Origin: a virus
Taxonomy: Duplodnaviria; Heunggongvirae; Uroviricota; Caudoviricetes
Direction: 5' to 3' (one strand)
Length of the DNA: 64,000 bases
IMG/VR virus record: IMGVR_UViG_3300028797_000096
Location: 77,860 to 141,859 of that record
Numbering within the stretch: the first letter of the stretch is position 1; each line of letters begins with the position of its first letter. The notes beneath the pieces were generated by a model, which saw only the letters and a program-made list of their open reading frames with translations, was not told where the DNA came from and did no database searches. Both the position numbers and the translations under genes were made by a program. This document shows positions 28,871 through 38,806 of the stretch, one piece after another.

Positions 28871-29377
28871 ATGGCCAGTGAAGGTAATACATTTTTAAGA
28901 ATAAATTTTCCATCATTAAATACAAGTAAGTTTGTTGCTGCTTTGTATGATATGTGGTATAATCCTACTACTCCAATTCCATATAAATATGAATTAGATA
29001 AAATTACACATGATCCTAAAACTAGTATAATTACATTTAATTTTGTTGCTACTTTAGGTAATTATCCTTTTGTTTTAAAAATGATAGATACACGTATTCA
29101 TGAATGGTTTAGTTTTATAGAAGAAAAATTAGGCTTAGGCTATAATAATCTTATTGAAATGATTAAAAAAGAATTGTCTGCGGATAAATTGAATTGGGAA
29201 ATATCTTTTATGTATAATCTTCCAAAAGACAAATTAGATCGTATTGAAATTTTATTAAGAATGGAAGGATATTATAAAGAAAATGATTCTAACATGGCAT
29301 ATATGTTTAAAAATTGTACAAATTTAAAAGAGGTAAATTTTTCATCTTTAATGAATATTAGCATTGAACATAAATAA
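28871..29377 (+). CDS. hypothetical protein, C-terminal LRR_5-like segment
   Basis: ORF track start 28817 lies inside a terminator hairpin plus promoter, so ATG 28871 (MASEGNTF...) is preferred; C-terminus AYMFKNCTNLKEVNFSSLMNIS resembles BspA-type LRR. Confidence 0.45.
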   Translation: MASEGNTFLRINFPSLNTSKFVAALYDMWYNPTTPIPYKYELDKITHDPKTSIITFNFVATLGNYPFVLKMIDTRIHEWFSFIEEKLGLGYNNLIEMIKKELSADKLNWEISFMYNLPKDKLDRIEILLRMEGYYKENDSNMAYMFKNCTNLKEVNFSSLMNISIEHK

Positions 29378-29384
29378 AATAATG

Positions 29385-29414
29385 GCTTTACATTGTTAGA
29401 ATTTTTATTATAAT
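29385..29414 (+). promoter_or_regulatory. phage promoter GCTTTAC-N17-TATAAT
   Basis: atgGCTTTACattgttagaatttttatTATAAT. Confidence 0.5.
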
Positions 29415-29438
29415 AAAAATATAATAAAAAGGTTTAAA

Positions 29439-30431
29439 ATGATAAATACTTGGAATTATAGATATAGTAATAATATGTGGTATGCATCTCTTTTTGCATT
29501 TAGACATCCTATTCGTTTTATAAAAGAATTTAAGGATAATATGTATACTTGGCCTTCATTGGAAAATACAATTCGTGAAAAATGGATGAAGTTATATAAA
29601 AGATTACCATTTCAAAAGGCTTGTCGTTGGTTAGGTTCTGAATTAATTGAGCGCGTATCTGATAGTAAAATATTAGATACTTTTGAATGTAGAACACGTG
29701 ATGCAAATACTAAATATTATTTTGCAACATGTCATTTTGGTTACATTAAATTTGAAGAAAAACAATACACTTATAAAGGTAAAGCTTGTAATTTATTTAT
29801 GGACTTTACAGTAGCCGGTTTAGTTGGTGATGAATCTGCTAAAACAAAAGCAGAACAAACTAAAACTAAAGTTAAAGTACTTTATAAAGGTTGGGTATTT
29901 TCTAAAAAGAAAGCAGAAAAAGTATTAAAACAAGTTATTAAAAAGAATCCTAAAATCTATAAATCTGAATATCAAAATTATCCAGAAGCTGCAATACCAT
30001 ACTTAGTGGAATATCCAGAGCATATGTTAAATCTTTTGAATACTGGTAAATTGCCTTGGAATGATATAGATAGTAAGCATTTATGTGATATCTATAATAA
30101 TAGCAAAGATAATATTGAAAAGCTTTGGTGTTATGTAATGTATTTGTTATCTTGTAGAAATGATTTTAATGCACATGCTGAATTAACAGATATAGCTTCA
30201 ACATGTGATTGGTACTTGTTTAATAAAGCTAGAATGAAAGATCCTATAGTAGATGCACATTATGCTTTGTTAATGAAACAAGGTAAAGAAAAACAGGCTA
30301 AAAAATATATAAGCTTAGTAAGAAAAGATAATAAAAATTATAAAGAAAGTTCTATGAAAGAGATTAAAGAAAAAATTAATAAATTAAAAGAGTATTATTT
30401 AAATATGCCTTTTAATTATTATAGAATTTAA
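29439..30431 (+). CDS. hypothetical protein
   Basis: 330 aa, Lys-rich. Confidence 0.55.
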   Translation: MINTWNYRYSNNMWYASLFAFRHPIRFIKEFKDNMYTWPSLENTIREKWMKLYKRLPFQKACRWLGSELIERVSDSKILDTFECRTRDANTKYYFATCHFGYIKFEEKQYTYKGKACNLFMDFTVAGLVGDESAKTKAEQTKTKVKVLYKGWVFSKKKAEKVLKQVIKKNPKIYKSEYQNYPEAAIPYLVEYPEHMLNLLNTGKLPWNDIDSKHLCDIYNNSKDNIEKLWCYVMYLLSCRNDFNAHAELTDIASTCDWYLFNKARMKDPIVDAHYALLMKQGKEKQAKKYISLVRKDNKNYKESSMKEIKEKINKLKEYYLNMPFNYYRI

Positions 30432-30441
30432 GGAGTATGAG

Positions 30442-30594
30442 ATGTTTGCAGCTATAGAAAATAAAGTAGAAGATTGTAAAATAGTTTGTACAGGTCAATC
30501 GAAAGGTCAGGTTAAGCGTATACTTTGCCAAATGGGTTTAGACTGGAATCAATATCGAATAATAGATTTGGATGCTCCAGATATCTATAGATAA
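30442..30594 (+). CDS. small hypothetical protein
   Basis: 50-aa ORF not in track, SD aaggag 6 nt upstream. Confidence 0.35.
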   Translation: MFAAIENKVEDCKIVCTGQSKGQVKRILCQMGLDWNQYRIIDLDAPDIYR

Positions 30595-30604
30595 AGGAAA
30601 TTAA

Positions 30605-30799
30605 ATGGGCTTTATATTTAGAAAAAGTTTAAATTTAGGCTTGTTTCGTGTTAATTTAAGTAAACATGGATTTGGTTTTAGTTTTGGTATGCCTGGTTTT
30701 AGAAAAACATATGGTAGTAATGGTATAAATCGTACTACTTATAATATTCCAGGTACAGGAATATCTTATGTTAAAACAAGTAAAAGGAAAAGTAAATGA
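30605..30799 (+). CDS. DUF4236-like small protein
   Basis: MGFIFRKSLNLGLFRVNLSKHGFGFSFGMPGFRKT matches the DUF4236 pattern. Confidence 0.5.
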   Translation: MGFIFRKSLNLGLFRVNLSKHGFGFSFGMPGFRKTYGSNGINRTTYNIPGTGISYVKTSKRKSK

Positions 30800-31026
30800 A
30801 AACTAGGACAAAATTAAATGTAGCAGAATATCTTGAAAAAAATTTAAAAGATGATCCAGCTAAGGAATTAATATTAGAGTATATAAGTTATTTAGAAAAA
30901 AGAGCTGAATCTTTAGATAAAATTAGAGCTTCCGGTAGAAAATATATAGATAAAAATAAAGAAAAAAAAGCAGAATATAATCGTATGCGCTATTTAAAAA
31001 GAAAAGAGGCAAAAAATGAAAAATAA
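30796..31026 (+). CDS. hypothetical protein
   Basis: 76 aa, basic. Confidence 0.45.
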   Translation: MKTRTKLNVAEYLEKNLKDDPAKELILEYISYLEKRAESLDKIRASGRKYIDKNKEKKAEYNRMRYLKRKEAKNEK

Positions 31027-31366
31027 AAAAATTGATAAATTATTTGTACAATGTGATTGTGGATCTGAATATATAGTTTTAGAACCACAAGATATAGATT
31101 GCTTAGAATGTGGTTTGTATATGGGTGTTTTAGCAAATGCTTATCATAAACCTTCATTTTGGCATAGATTTAGACATATTTGGTATACATTGAAACATGG
31201 TAAACCTTATACAGATCAGGTATGTTTAGATTTAGACAAAGTTAAAAAATTAGAAATGTATTTGAAAAGTTATATTGCTATGGCCGAATTAGATAAAAAG
31301 TATAGAAATAAAAAAGATAATAAATCTAATATGATTTTAATTTATCCTACTAAAAAAGGAAAATAA
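31016..31366 (+). CDS. zinc-ribbon protein
   Basis: CDCGSEY...CLECG cysteine pairs. Confidence 0.45.
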   Translation: MKNKKIDKLFVQCDCGSEYIVLEPQDIDCLECGLYMGVLANAYHKPSFWHRFRHIWYTLKHGKPYTDQVCLDLDKVKKLEMYLKSYIAMAELDKKYRNKKDNKSNMILIYPTKKGK

Positions 31367-31367
31367 C

Positions 31368-31562
31368 ATGTTAGAATTTTTTAAAATCTTAGGTCTAACT
31401 ATATTGGGTATTATTGCTTTTGTTATAATTGCGTTTTTCGGCATATGGTTATTACTTTGGATATGGCCAATTATAATTATAGCTTTACCTATTGCTTTAG
31501 TTATTTATTTAATCCAATTATATAAAATAGCTAAGCCAACAAAGAAAAATAGAAAGAAATAA
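31368..31562 (+). CDS. small hydrophobic membrane protein
   Basis: 64 aa, two TM segments, basic C-terminus (holin-like topology, unproven). Confidence 0.45.
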   Translation: MLEFFKILGLTILGIIAFVIIAFFGIWLLLWIWPIIIIALPIALVIYLIQLYKIAKPTKKNRKK

Positions 31563-31576
31563 AAAAGGAGTAAACA

Positions 31577-32431
31577 ATGAAATGGAAAAAGTTTTATTTT
31601 GTACCAAATAATGGTTATAATATGGATAATGAAAATGTTACAGATTTTATATTATCTGCTTTATTTACCGGTGCATTGTGGATTTTGTGTTTAATTCTTA
31701 TTTTTGGATCTTGGTTTACTGTAGCTGAAGGTGAAAGAGCCATCTTAACTACTTTTGGTAAAGCTTCGAATCATATATATGAAGCAGGTTTACATATCAA
31801 GTGTCCAATTATTCAAGATGTAAAAACTTTTGATATTAAAACGATTCGTGCTGATTATAAAACACAAACTTATACAAAAGATATTCAAACAGCAAATATT
31901 ACTGTGTCATATTCATATAATTTGATTAGTAATGATATTATTGAAACATATAAAACATACGGTAATCAATGGCAAGAACGTATTTTATATCCTAACTTAG
32001 AACAAGCCGTTAAAGCTGAAGTGGGTACATGGAATGCAGATCAAATGGTTGCTAATCGTGATAAAGTAGCAGATAATATTTTAAAATCACTACAATCTCG
32101 TATGATTGAACATAAATATCCTGTTACTATTACAAATTTTCAAATGATTAATATTGATTATTCTGATCAATTTGAAAAATCTATTGAAAAGAAAGTAGTT
32201 GCAGAACAAGAAGCTTTAGAAGAAGAAAATCGTACTAAACAAGTTGAACAAAAAGCTAAACAGCAAGTTATTAGTGCAAAAAGTGAAGCTGAATCTATGC
32301 GTATTCGTGCAAATGCTTTAGCAAATAATCCAAAATTAGTTAATTATGAATTTGTTCAAAAATGGGATGGTAAATTGCCACAAATTATGACTGGTGATTC
32401 TATGCCAATTTTAATGAATTTAAATAAATAA
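31577..32431 (+). CDS. SPFH/band-7 (prohibitin-like) domain membrane protein
   Basis: N-terminal TM then ERAILTTFGKASNHIYEAGLHIKCPIIQDVKTFDIKTI typical of SPFH domains; coiled-coil C-terminal region. Confidence 0.6.
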   Translation: MKWKKFYFVPNNGYNMDNENVTDFILSALFTGALWILCLILIFGSWFTVAEGERAILTTFGKASNHIYEAGLHIKCPIIQDVKTFDIKTIRADYKTQTYTKDIQTANITVSYSYNLISNDIIETYKTYGNQWQERILYPNLEQAVKAEVGTWNADQMVANRDKVADNILKSLQSRMIEHKYPVTITNFQMINIDYSDQFEKSIEKKVVAEQEALEEENRTKQVEQKAKQQVISAKSEAESMRIRANALANNPKLVNYEFVQKWDGKLPQIMTGDSMPILMNLNK

Positions 32432-32456
32432 TTATTAAGGAAAAAAAGGCGAAGTT

Positions 32457-33710
32457 ATGTTATTTAAAACATTTGATAATGGATTAGTTTTATTATATGA
32501 AAAAAATAAAGTTAATAATAAAGATGCTTTTCATGTAAATGTTTTAACAGGTAGTGCTTTAGAAGAATCAAATGAAAAAGGAATTAATCATTTGGTTGAG
32601 CATTTAATGTTCAAAGCAAGTCATAAAAGAACGACTAAACAAATATCTGAAGAATTAGAACAACAAGGTGCTATTGTTAATGCATGGACTAATTATGATA
32701 ATGTTCGTTTTCATTTTGAATGTTTACCAGAAAAACTTGAAAAATGTGCTGAAATATATGCAGATATGTTGTTAAATAAAAATATTAGTAAAGAAGAATT
32801 TGAAAAAGAAAAGTCTATTGTATGCCAAGAAATTGCTATGTATGAAGATAATTTTGAAGCAACAAATGAAACAAATTATTTTCATGAATTTTTAAGTATG
32901 GAAGATGTGGCTGGCTCTATTAAAAGTGTTAAAAAAATTACATTAAAACAAGTAAACGATTTTATTTATAATACATATATACCAAGAAATATGGTAATTT
33001 CTGTATGTTCACATTTATCATTTCGTAAGATTTGTAAAATTGTTGAAAAATATTTTGGTATAAAACATTGTTATCTTTCTACACAAAAAGATATGCGTAA
33101 GATATGGAGTGAAAAAGCGGCTACTGCTTTTAATTTAGATATAAAGAAAAAATCTCCATATAAACAAAAGAAAAATACTGCACAAGTACAAGTATTACAT
33201 GCATATTATTTAAAAGATATTATGACTACACCAAGAATGTTAACTATATTAGAGGTTGCTTTATCAGGTGGATTATCTGCGCCTTTAATTAAAGAGATTC
33301 GTGAAAAATATGGTATTTGTTATAGTATTTATGCAGATGGGGTTGTTTTATATCCAAATCAGTTTAATAATAAATTACCACAAATTATATTAATTAAATC
33401 AAGTACAGAAAAGAAACATTTAAAACAATATTTAGCTGCAGTAGATGAAGTAGTTAAGAATTTACCAAAGCTTATATCAGATATTGATATTGAGCGTAGT
33501 GTAAATACTCTTCGTACTGCTGGGTTAAAAGCAACTGATATTGCAAGTACAAATTTCTTTTGGTATTTAAATCCAAAAACTTATCTTTGTAATATTTCAG
33601 CTGCAAAAGAAAGTGAACTAATTAACAAATGTGCAAATGATATTATAAGAAGTTTAGCTCAACGATTATCAGTTGCAGATTGTGATATTAGTATTTTAGG
33701 TAATATTTAA
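32457..33710 (+). CDS. M16 (pitrilysin/insulinase) family zinc peptidase
   Basis: inverted zinc motif GINHLVEHLMFK (HxxEH) about 45 residues from N-terminus; 417 aa. Confidence 0.65.
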   Translation: MLFKTFDNGLVLLYEKNKVNNKDAFHVNVLTGSALEESNEKGINHLVEHLMFKASHKRTTKQISEELEQQGAIVNAWTNYDNVRFHFECLPEKLEKCAEIYADMLLNKNISKEEFEKEKSIVCQEIAMYEDNFEATNETNYFHEFLSMEDVAGSIKSVKKITLKQVNDFIYNTYIPRNMVISVCSHLSFRKICKIVEKYFGIKHCYLSTQKDMRKIWSEKAATAFNLDIKKKSPYKQKKNTAQVQVLHAYYLKDIMTTPRMLTILEVALSGGLSAPLIKEIREKYGICYSIYADGVVLYPNQFNNKLPQIILIKSSTEKKHLKQYLAAVDEVVKNLPKLISDIDIERSVNTLRTAGLKATDIASTNFFWYLNPKTYLCNISAAKESELINKCANDIIRSLAQRLSVADCDISILGNI

Positions 33711-33724
33711 TTAAGGAGTAAACT

Positions 33725-34033
33725 ATGAAAAAACTTATTATTACCTCAATTATCGCTTTAACAACAACTTGTGGCTTTGCTTCAGATTATTATATTCCAC
33801 AAGAAACTACATCTGAAGTATTTACTCGTCAACAAGTACAAGTAACTAATGATTGTTATGGTTCAGTATGTAATAAACGTGTAGCTATGCCTTCATATAA
33901 AATGGCTCCAGTTACAGTTCATACTGGTCGTACAGTTACAGTTAAAGATCATTACGATGTGTATCAACCACGAGTAGTTTATGACAAAGTAGATAGTTAT
34001 ACAACTACTAAAACATGTACATATTGTGATTAA
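33725..34033 (+). CDS. lipoprotein
   Basis: signal peptide with lipobox TTCGFAS. Confidence 0.5.
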   Translation: MKKLIITSIIALTTTCGFASDYYIPQETTSEVFTRQQVQVTNDCYGSVCNKRVAMPSYKMAPVTVHTGRTVTVKDHYDVYQPRVVYDKVDSYTTTKTCTYCD

Positions 34034-34101
34034 TCAGAAAGGGATAAATGTTAATAGGTATTTATCCCTTTTTCCAAATATAAAAGTAAAGGAGGATATT
34101 A

Positions 34102-34470
34102 ATGTATATAAGTTTAAAACAAAATAAAAATTTATTATGTGAAGTTGGTATATATACAATAAAAGCAGATAATATAATAGCAAAGCCTTGGTCAGTATCT
34201 ATACATTCATATATTAATATAGAAAATTATTCAAATGCTTTATTAAAAATTTCAGAAGAACTTCAGCAAGATTTCATAAAAGATTTTAAAATGATCCAAG
34301 GTTTTAGGCAAGATTATTTTGAACAAATATCTAAAGAGTTTCCTGTTCCAAATTGCTATGATTTAAGTGATGAAAATTTAACTAAAGATGAATTTAAGAT
34401 TATTTGTATAATTAGAGAAAAAATACAAAAATTAGCAGATAAATGGAATATGGAATATAATGAAGATTAA
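34102..34470 (+). CDS. hypothetical protein
   Basis: 122 aa, SD aaggagg. Confidence 0.5.
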   Translation: MYISLKQNKNLLCEVGIYTIKADNIIAKPWSVSIHSYINIENYSNALLKISEELQQDFIKDFKMIQGFRQDYFEQISKEFPVPNCYDLSDENLTKDEFKIICIIREKIQKLADKWNMEYNED

Positions 34471-34482
34471 AGGAGTTAAAAT

Positions 34483-35052
34483 ATGACTAAAACATATAAA
34501 AAAATAGAAGTTGAAGAAATCAAAACATATAAATGTTCTGATGGTAAAATTTTTAATACTAAAGAAGCAGCTGAAAAGCATGAAAAAATTTTAGCAAATC
34601 CAGATTGTAGAATTGAAATGTTAGAAGAAAGAATTCAAGATTTGGAGATATTGGTTGATTCATTGCGAAATAAAGTATTAGCTTTAGAATTTCATAGACT
34701 TAATCCAGCAAAACCTCATCCAGATATTGTAGGTCCACAATGGCCACCATATCCTTATAATGAACCGTTGCGTTTTGATGAAGAAGCTAAAAAAGTTAAA
34801 TTACCAGCAGAACCCGGTAATGTAGTATATGATTCAGTAGAATTATCTAAATTATCAGATGAAGAATTAATAAAAAGAGGATATAATGTAACTTATGCGG
34901 GTCATAACAGATCGATTATTCCACGTGTAGATTTAAGTACTGTTTGTGGTAATGTAACTACTCCACCTGAATATATTGGTAATCCTTTGGATAATCAAGA
35001 TTGTGGTTCAAATTGTGGTAGTAATTCAGGTATATATGGGAATAATAAATGA
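34483..35052 (+). CDS. hypothetical protein
   Basis: 189 aa, followed by terminator and promoter. Confidence 0.5.
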   Translation: MTKTYKKIEVEEIKTYKCSDGKIFNTKEAAEKHEKILANPDCRIEMLEERIQDLEILVDSLRNKVLALEFHRLNPAKPHPDIVGPQWPPYPYNEPLRFDEEAKKVKLPAEPGNVVYDSVELSKLSDEELIKRGYNVTYAGHNRSIIPRVDLSTVCGNVTTPPEYIGNPLDNQDCGSNCGSNSGIYGNNK

Positions 35053-35066
35053 TAAATAAAATTACT

Positions 35067-35096
35067 GCTTTACTTTTGTAAAAAATGTACTATATT
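35067..35096 (+). promoter_or_regulatory. phage promoter GCTTTAC-N17-TATATT
   Basis: actGCTTTACttttgtaaaaaatgtacTATATT. Confidence 0.45.
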
Positions 35097-35156
35097 ATAT
35101 AATGTATTAAAAAACTTCATGTTTTTATACATTTTTTAAACTCTGAATACACTCTA

Positions 35157-35192
35157 AATCACCAGATTTTATATTTGGTGATTTTTTGTTTT
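35157..35192 (+). terminator. rho-independent terminator
   Basis: AAATCACCA-gattttatattt-GGTGATTT then TTTTGTTTT; upstream of the Pnkp gene. Confidence 0.65.
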
Positions 35193-35239
35193 ACAATTAT
35201 TATAAAAAATTATATAATATAAATATAAAGAGGTAATAA

Positions 35240-37441
35240 ATGAAGATCTTGTTAGTTTTAAGAGGTATTCCAGGTTCTGGTAAATCTACTTGGATTAAAG
35301 AAAGAGATTTAGAAGCATACGTTTTAAGTACCGATGCTATTCGTTTATTATACTCTTCTCCAGAACAAACTATAAAAGGTAAATATATTGTTTCTAATAA
35401 ACATGATAAACATGTTTGGGCTTTCTTTAAAGAAAGATTAGAAGATCGTATGAAGAATGGTGATTTTACTATATTAGATGCTACACATACCAAAGAATCT
35501 TATTTAAAAGATTATAAAAAATTGTGTAAAGAATATAATTATCGTATGATTATTGTAGATTTTTCTTCTGTTGATTTAGATACTTGTAAAGAAAGAAATT
35601 TAATGCGGGAAAGTTATAAACAAGTACCAAATGAAGTATTAGATCGTATGTATAATCAAATAAAAGTACCATTACAAAATAAATATGAAATTTATGATTA
35701 TAATGAATTTCCTAATTTAGATAATTTTGTATATAAAATAGATGGTAATAAATGGAAAGAAGTAGTAATATTTGGTGATATACATAATTGTTATGATCCA
35801 ATAAGAAAATACTTTGAAGCATCTCCAGAATCTGATCAAAAATTATACATCTTTATTGGTGATTATTTTGATCGTGGTATTCAAGCTAAAGAAGTATTAC
35901 AGTTTTGTTTAGACCACTGTGAAAAAGAAAACTTTGTATTTTTACAAGGTAATCATGAAATATGGGCTAAGAATTATGTAAGAGATGGTGAAGCTGCTAA
36001 AATGACACCAGATTTCAAAGATTCTTTAGTACAGTTTGGTGAATTAAAAGATCAATTAAGTAAGTTTACTAGAAGATTAAAAGTAGCAGTAAATGTTAGT
36101 TTTTACTGTCAGGGTATTTATCATAGATTTTCTATTACTCATGGTGGATTAAGCTTTCCTTTAGATTATCGTACTTCTGCAATACAATGTATTAAAGGAG
36201 TAGGTGATTATGATGATTTAGATGAAGTAGAAAAAGCTTTTGGTAGTATTAATGAAAAAATGACTATGCAAGTATTAAACTACAAATGCTATAATGTACA
36301 TGGTCATCGTAATGTAACTAATAATCCAATTATAAGTGCAGACGGCTATAGTATTAACTTAGAAGGTAAAGTTGAATTTGGTGGTAATTTAAGAATAGTT
36401 GAATTATCTTATACAGACAAAATGAATATATTACCAATAGAAATACCAAATACAATTTATAACAAAGATATACAAATTCCTTCTAGTAGACATGATAATC
36501 CAATTATTCAACAATTGGATAGTAGTAGTTTAATACATAAAAAAGATTTGGGTGATGGTATAGTTTCTTATAACTTTAGTAGAGAAGCTTTTTATAGCCA
36601 AAAATGGAATAAATTAACTACTACAGCGAGAGGCTTATTTGTTGATACTAAGACAAATCAAGTAGTTGCTAGATCTTATCCTAAATTTTTTGAAGCAGAA
36701 CAGCATCCATCTACACAATGGAGAAATTTAGAAAAGACATTAGTATTTCCAGTAACTGCTTATTTGAAAGAAAATGGCTTTTTAGGTATTGTATCTGTAT
36801 ATAATGATCAATTATTTATTGCATCTAAATCTACAAATCAAGGCGAATATAAAGAAAACTTTGAGCGTATATTAAAAACACATACAAATATTGATAAATT
36901 AAAAGAATATTTAAAAGCTAATAATTGTTCCGCTATATTTGAATGTGTAGATCCACATAATGATCCGCATATTATTGAATATGTCAATGAAAAAGTTGTA
37001 TTATTAGATATAGTACAGAATGATTTTACAGATACATTTAAATCTTATGATGATGTATGGGAATTAGCTAAACAAATAGGATGTAAACCAAAAGAAATGT
37101 GTAAAGTATTTAATACCTTTGCTGAATTAAAATCTTTTATTGAAGCATTTGATAAAGATTTTCATGAAGAAATAGAAGGTTTTGTATTTGTAGATCAGAA
37201 TAATTTTATGATTAAATATAAAACACCTTTCTATAAATTCTGGAAAGACATGCGTAGAATGAAAGAATATATTAATAAAGGTGATAATGATAAATATTTT
37301 GCCGCTAAAAATGTAAAGTCTGAACAAACAAATTTGATGAATGATTTGTTTAGTTTTATGACAGGTATTAAAAATGGTGGTATTGATTTAGATACATTAT
37401 CCATTATTGATATTAAAAACAGTTATTATAATAAGGATTAA
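35240..37441 (+). CDS. Pnkp-like polynucleotide kinase / calcineurin-type phosphoesterase with C-terminal ligase-like domain
   Basis: P-loop LRGIPGSGKST; metallophosphoesterase motifs GDIHN, GDYFDRG, GNHE; C-terminal third has ligase-like elements (ARGLFVD, EGFVFV, KYKTPFYK) reminiscent of bacterial Pnkp RNA-repair enzymes. Confidence 0.65.
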   Translation: MKILLVLRGIPGSGKSTWIKERDLEAYVLSTDAIRLLYSSPEQTIKGKYIVSNKHDKHVWAFFKERLEDRMKNGDFTILDATHTKESYLKDYKKLCKEYNYRMIIVDFSSVDLDTCKERNLMRESYKQVPNEVLDRMYNQIKVPLQNKYEIYDYNEFPNLDNFVYKIDGNKWKEVVIFGDIHNCYDPIRKYFEASPESDQKLYIFIGDYFDRGIQAKEVLQFCLDHCEKENFVFLQGNHEIWAKNYVRDGEAAKMTPDFKDSLVQFGELKDQLSKFTRRLKVAVNVSFYCQGIYHRFSITHGGLSFPLDYRTSAIQCIKGVGDYDDLDEVEKAFGSINEKMTMQVLNYKCYNVHGHRNVTNNPIISADGYSINLEGKVEFGGNLRIVELSYTDKMNILPIEIPNTIYNKDIQIPSSRHDNPIIQQLDSSSLIHKKDLGDGIVSYNFSREAFYSQKWNKLTTTARGLFVDTKTNQVVARSYPKFFEAEQHPSTQWRNLEKTLVFPVTAYLKENGFLGIVSVYNDQLFIASKSTNQGEYKENFERILKTHTNIDKLKEYLKANNCSAIFECVDPHNDPHIIEYVNEKVVLLDIVQNDFTDTFKSYDDVWELAKQIGCKPKEMCKVFNTFAELKSFIEAFDKDFHEEIEGFVFVDQNNFMIKYKTPFYKFWKDMRRMKEYINKGDNDKYFAAKNVKSEQTNLMNDLFSFMTGIKNGGIDLDTLSIIDIKNSYYNKD

Positions 37442-37452
37442 AGGAGAAAAGT

Positions 37453-37620
37453 ATGGTAGAAAAAATTACTTGCCCATATTGTGGAGAATCTTTATATAGG
37501 CATCCAAAACAATATATATTAGATAAAGAATATATATATTATTGTAAAAAATGTCAACAAGAATTTAATAAAACCATAACAAATGCTGAAAGACTGAAAA
37601 AGTTCTTGTATAAGAAGTAA
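37453..37620 (+). CDS. small zinc-ribbon protein
   Basis: 55-aa ORF not in track: CPYCG...CKKC, SD aaggag. Confidence 0.45.
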   Translation: MVEKITCPYCGESLYRHPKQYILDKEYIYYCKKCQQEFNKTITNAERLKKFLYKK

Positions 37621-37635
37621 TTAAAGGAAAATAAA

Positions 37636-38010
37636 ATGAATATGGAATATATACCTTCAAAGCCAAAAGGTCAAAATGGATATATTAGTGATAACTTAGC
37701 TGCGTCTATAAACAGTGCAATAGCTTGTGCTAATCTTAGTATAAGCCATGAAGAATGCGTACAAAGACTAAATGAAACAGAACAATGTAGTAATTGTGCT
37801 CATTATGGTTGGGTAGGTAATTATAATGCATGCGCTGATGGTAGCTGGTTTAAGATTTTAAGAGATGGCCCGTTATCAGTAAGTTATTGTGGTTGGTGTA
37901 GGCATTTTGTAAACAAATCTTCACCGGAAGGTAAAGCAATTCAATATTCAAAATATAAAAAATGGTTATTAAAAGGCATGGGATTTCACAATGAAAGAGA
38001 ATCAAGATAA
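37636..38010 (+). CDS. cysteine-rich protein
   Basis: CSNCAHYGW...CADGSW...CGWCRH. Confidence 0.45.
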   Translation: MNMEYIPSKPKGQNGYISDNLAASINSAIACANLSISHEECVQRLNETEQCSNCAHYGWVGNYNACADGSWFKILRDGPLSVSYCGWCRHFVNKSSPEGKAIQYSKYKKWLLKGMGFHNERESR

Positions 38011-38221
38011 TAAACAACCACAACAATCTTCTAAAACTTTATTTTCTATTCCTTTGAATGGATGTTTATCAGTAATTATTTTATCAGCTCTAGCTGTTAT
38101 AGCGGTTAAGGGTTGTAAAATGATGAATATGAAATATGAAGAACAAAAAGTCCAGCATGAAATGTATATGGATAGTATTAATAAAGTAAGAAATGATACA
38201 ATAAATTATAGAGGTAAATAA
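37991..38221 (+). CDS. small membrane protein
   Basis: TM segment CLSVIILSALAVIAV. Confidence 0.4.
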   Translation: MKENQDNKQPQQSSKTLFSIPLNGCLSVIILSALAVIAVKGCKMMNMKYEEQKVQHEMYMDSINKVRNDTINYRGK

Positions 38222-38245
38222 ATGAATAAACAAAAAGGAGTAAAA

Positions 38246-38806
38246 ATGTTTCACAAAATAGCACAAATTTGTCAAACTATTTTAATTGCATTTATATTTG
38301 TTTATACTATATTATTAATTTGGTCTCCAGATGTATTTGCTGATACTATAAAGGGTAAAGCAAAAGTTATTGATGGTGATACTATAGAAATACAAGGCGA
38401 AAAAATTCGTTTACAATGTATTGATACTCCAGAAAGTTCATATCGTGGTAAAATTCAATATTGTTTAGATAATGAAACAGATTGTGGATTTTATGCTAAA
38501 AAAGTATTGTTAGAAACAGTTAGAAATAAAGAAATTGTCTGTGAATATACCAAAAGAGATGTATATGGTAGAATTCTTGGTATGTGTCAAGAATATTATT
38601 GGAATATAGAATGGGATTATGAAGGTACTTTAAATTATAGAATGGTTACAGAAGGTTATGCTTGGTGGTATAATGGTGGAAAAGAATGTAAACCGTTCAA
38701 AGAAGCAATGGAAGAAGCACAGAAGTATGAAAAAGGTTTATGGTGGAGTGGTTATGGTGGATTTAAAGAGCCTAAACTTTGGAGAAAAACAAGGAGTAAT
38801 GATTAA
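38246..38806 (+). CDS. membrane-anchored staphylococcal-nuclease (SNase)-like nuclease
   Basis: N-terminal TM then KAKVIDGDTIEIQGEKIRLQCIDTPES matching SNase; ATG 38246 with SD aaaaggag preferred. Confidence 0.6.
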   Translation: MFHKIAQICQTILIAFIFVYTILLIWSPDVFADTIKGKAKVIDGDTIEIQGEKIRLQCIDTPESSYRGKIQYCLDNETDCGFYAKKVLLETVRNKEIVCEYTKRDVYGRILGMCQEYYWNIEWDYEGTLNYRMVTEGYAWWYNGGKECKPFKEAMEEAQKYEKGLWWSGYGGFKEPKLWRKTRSND

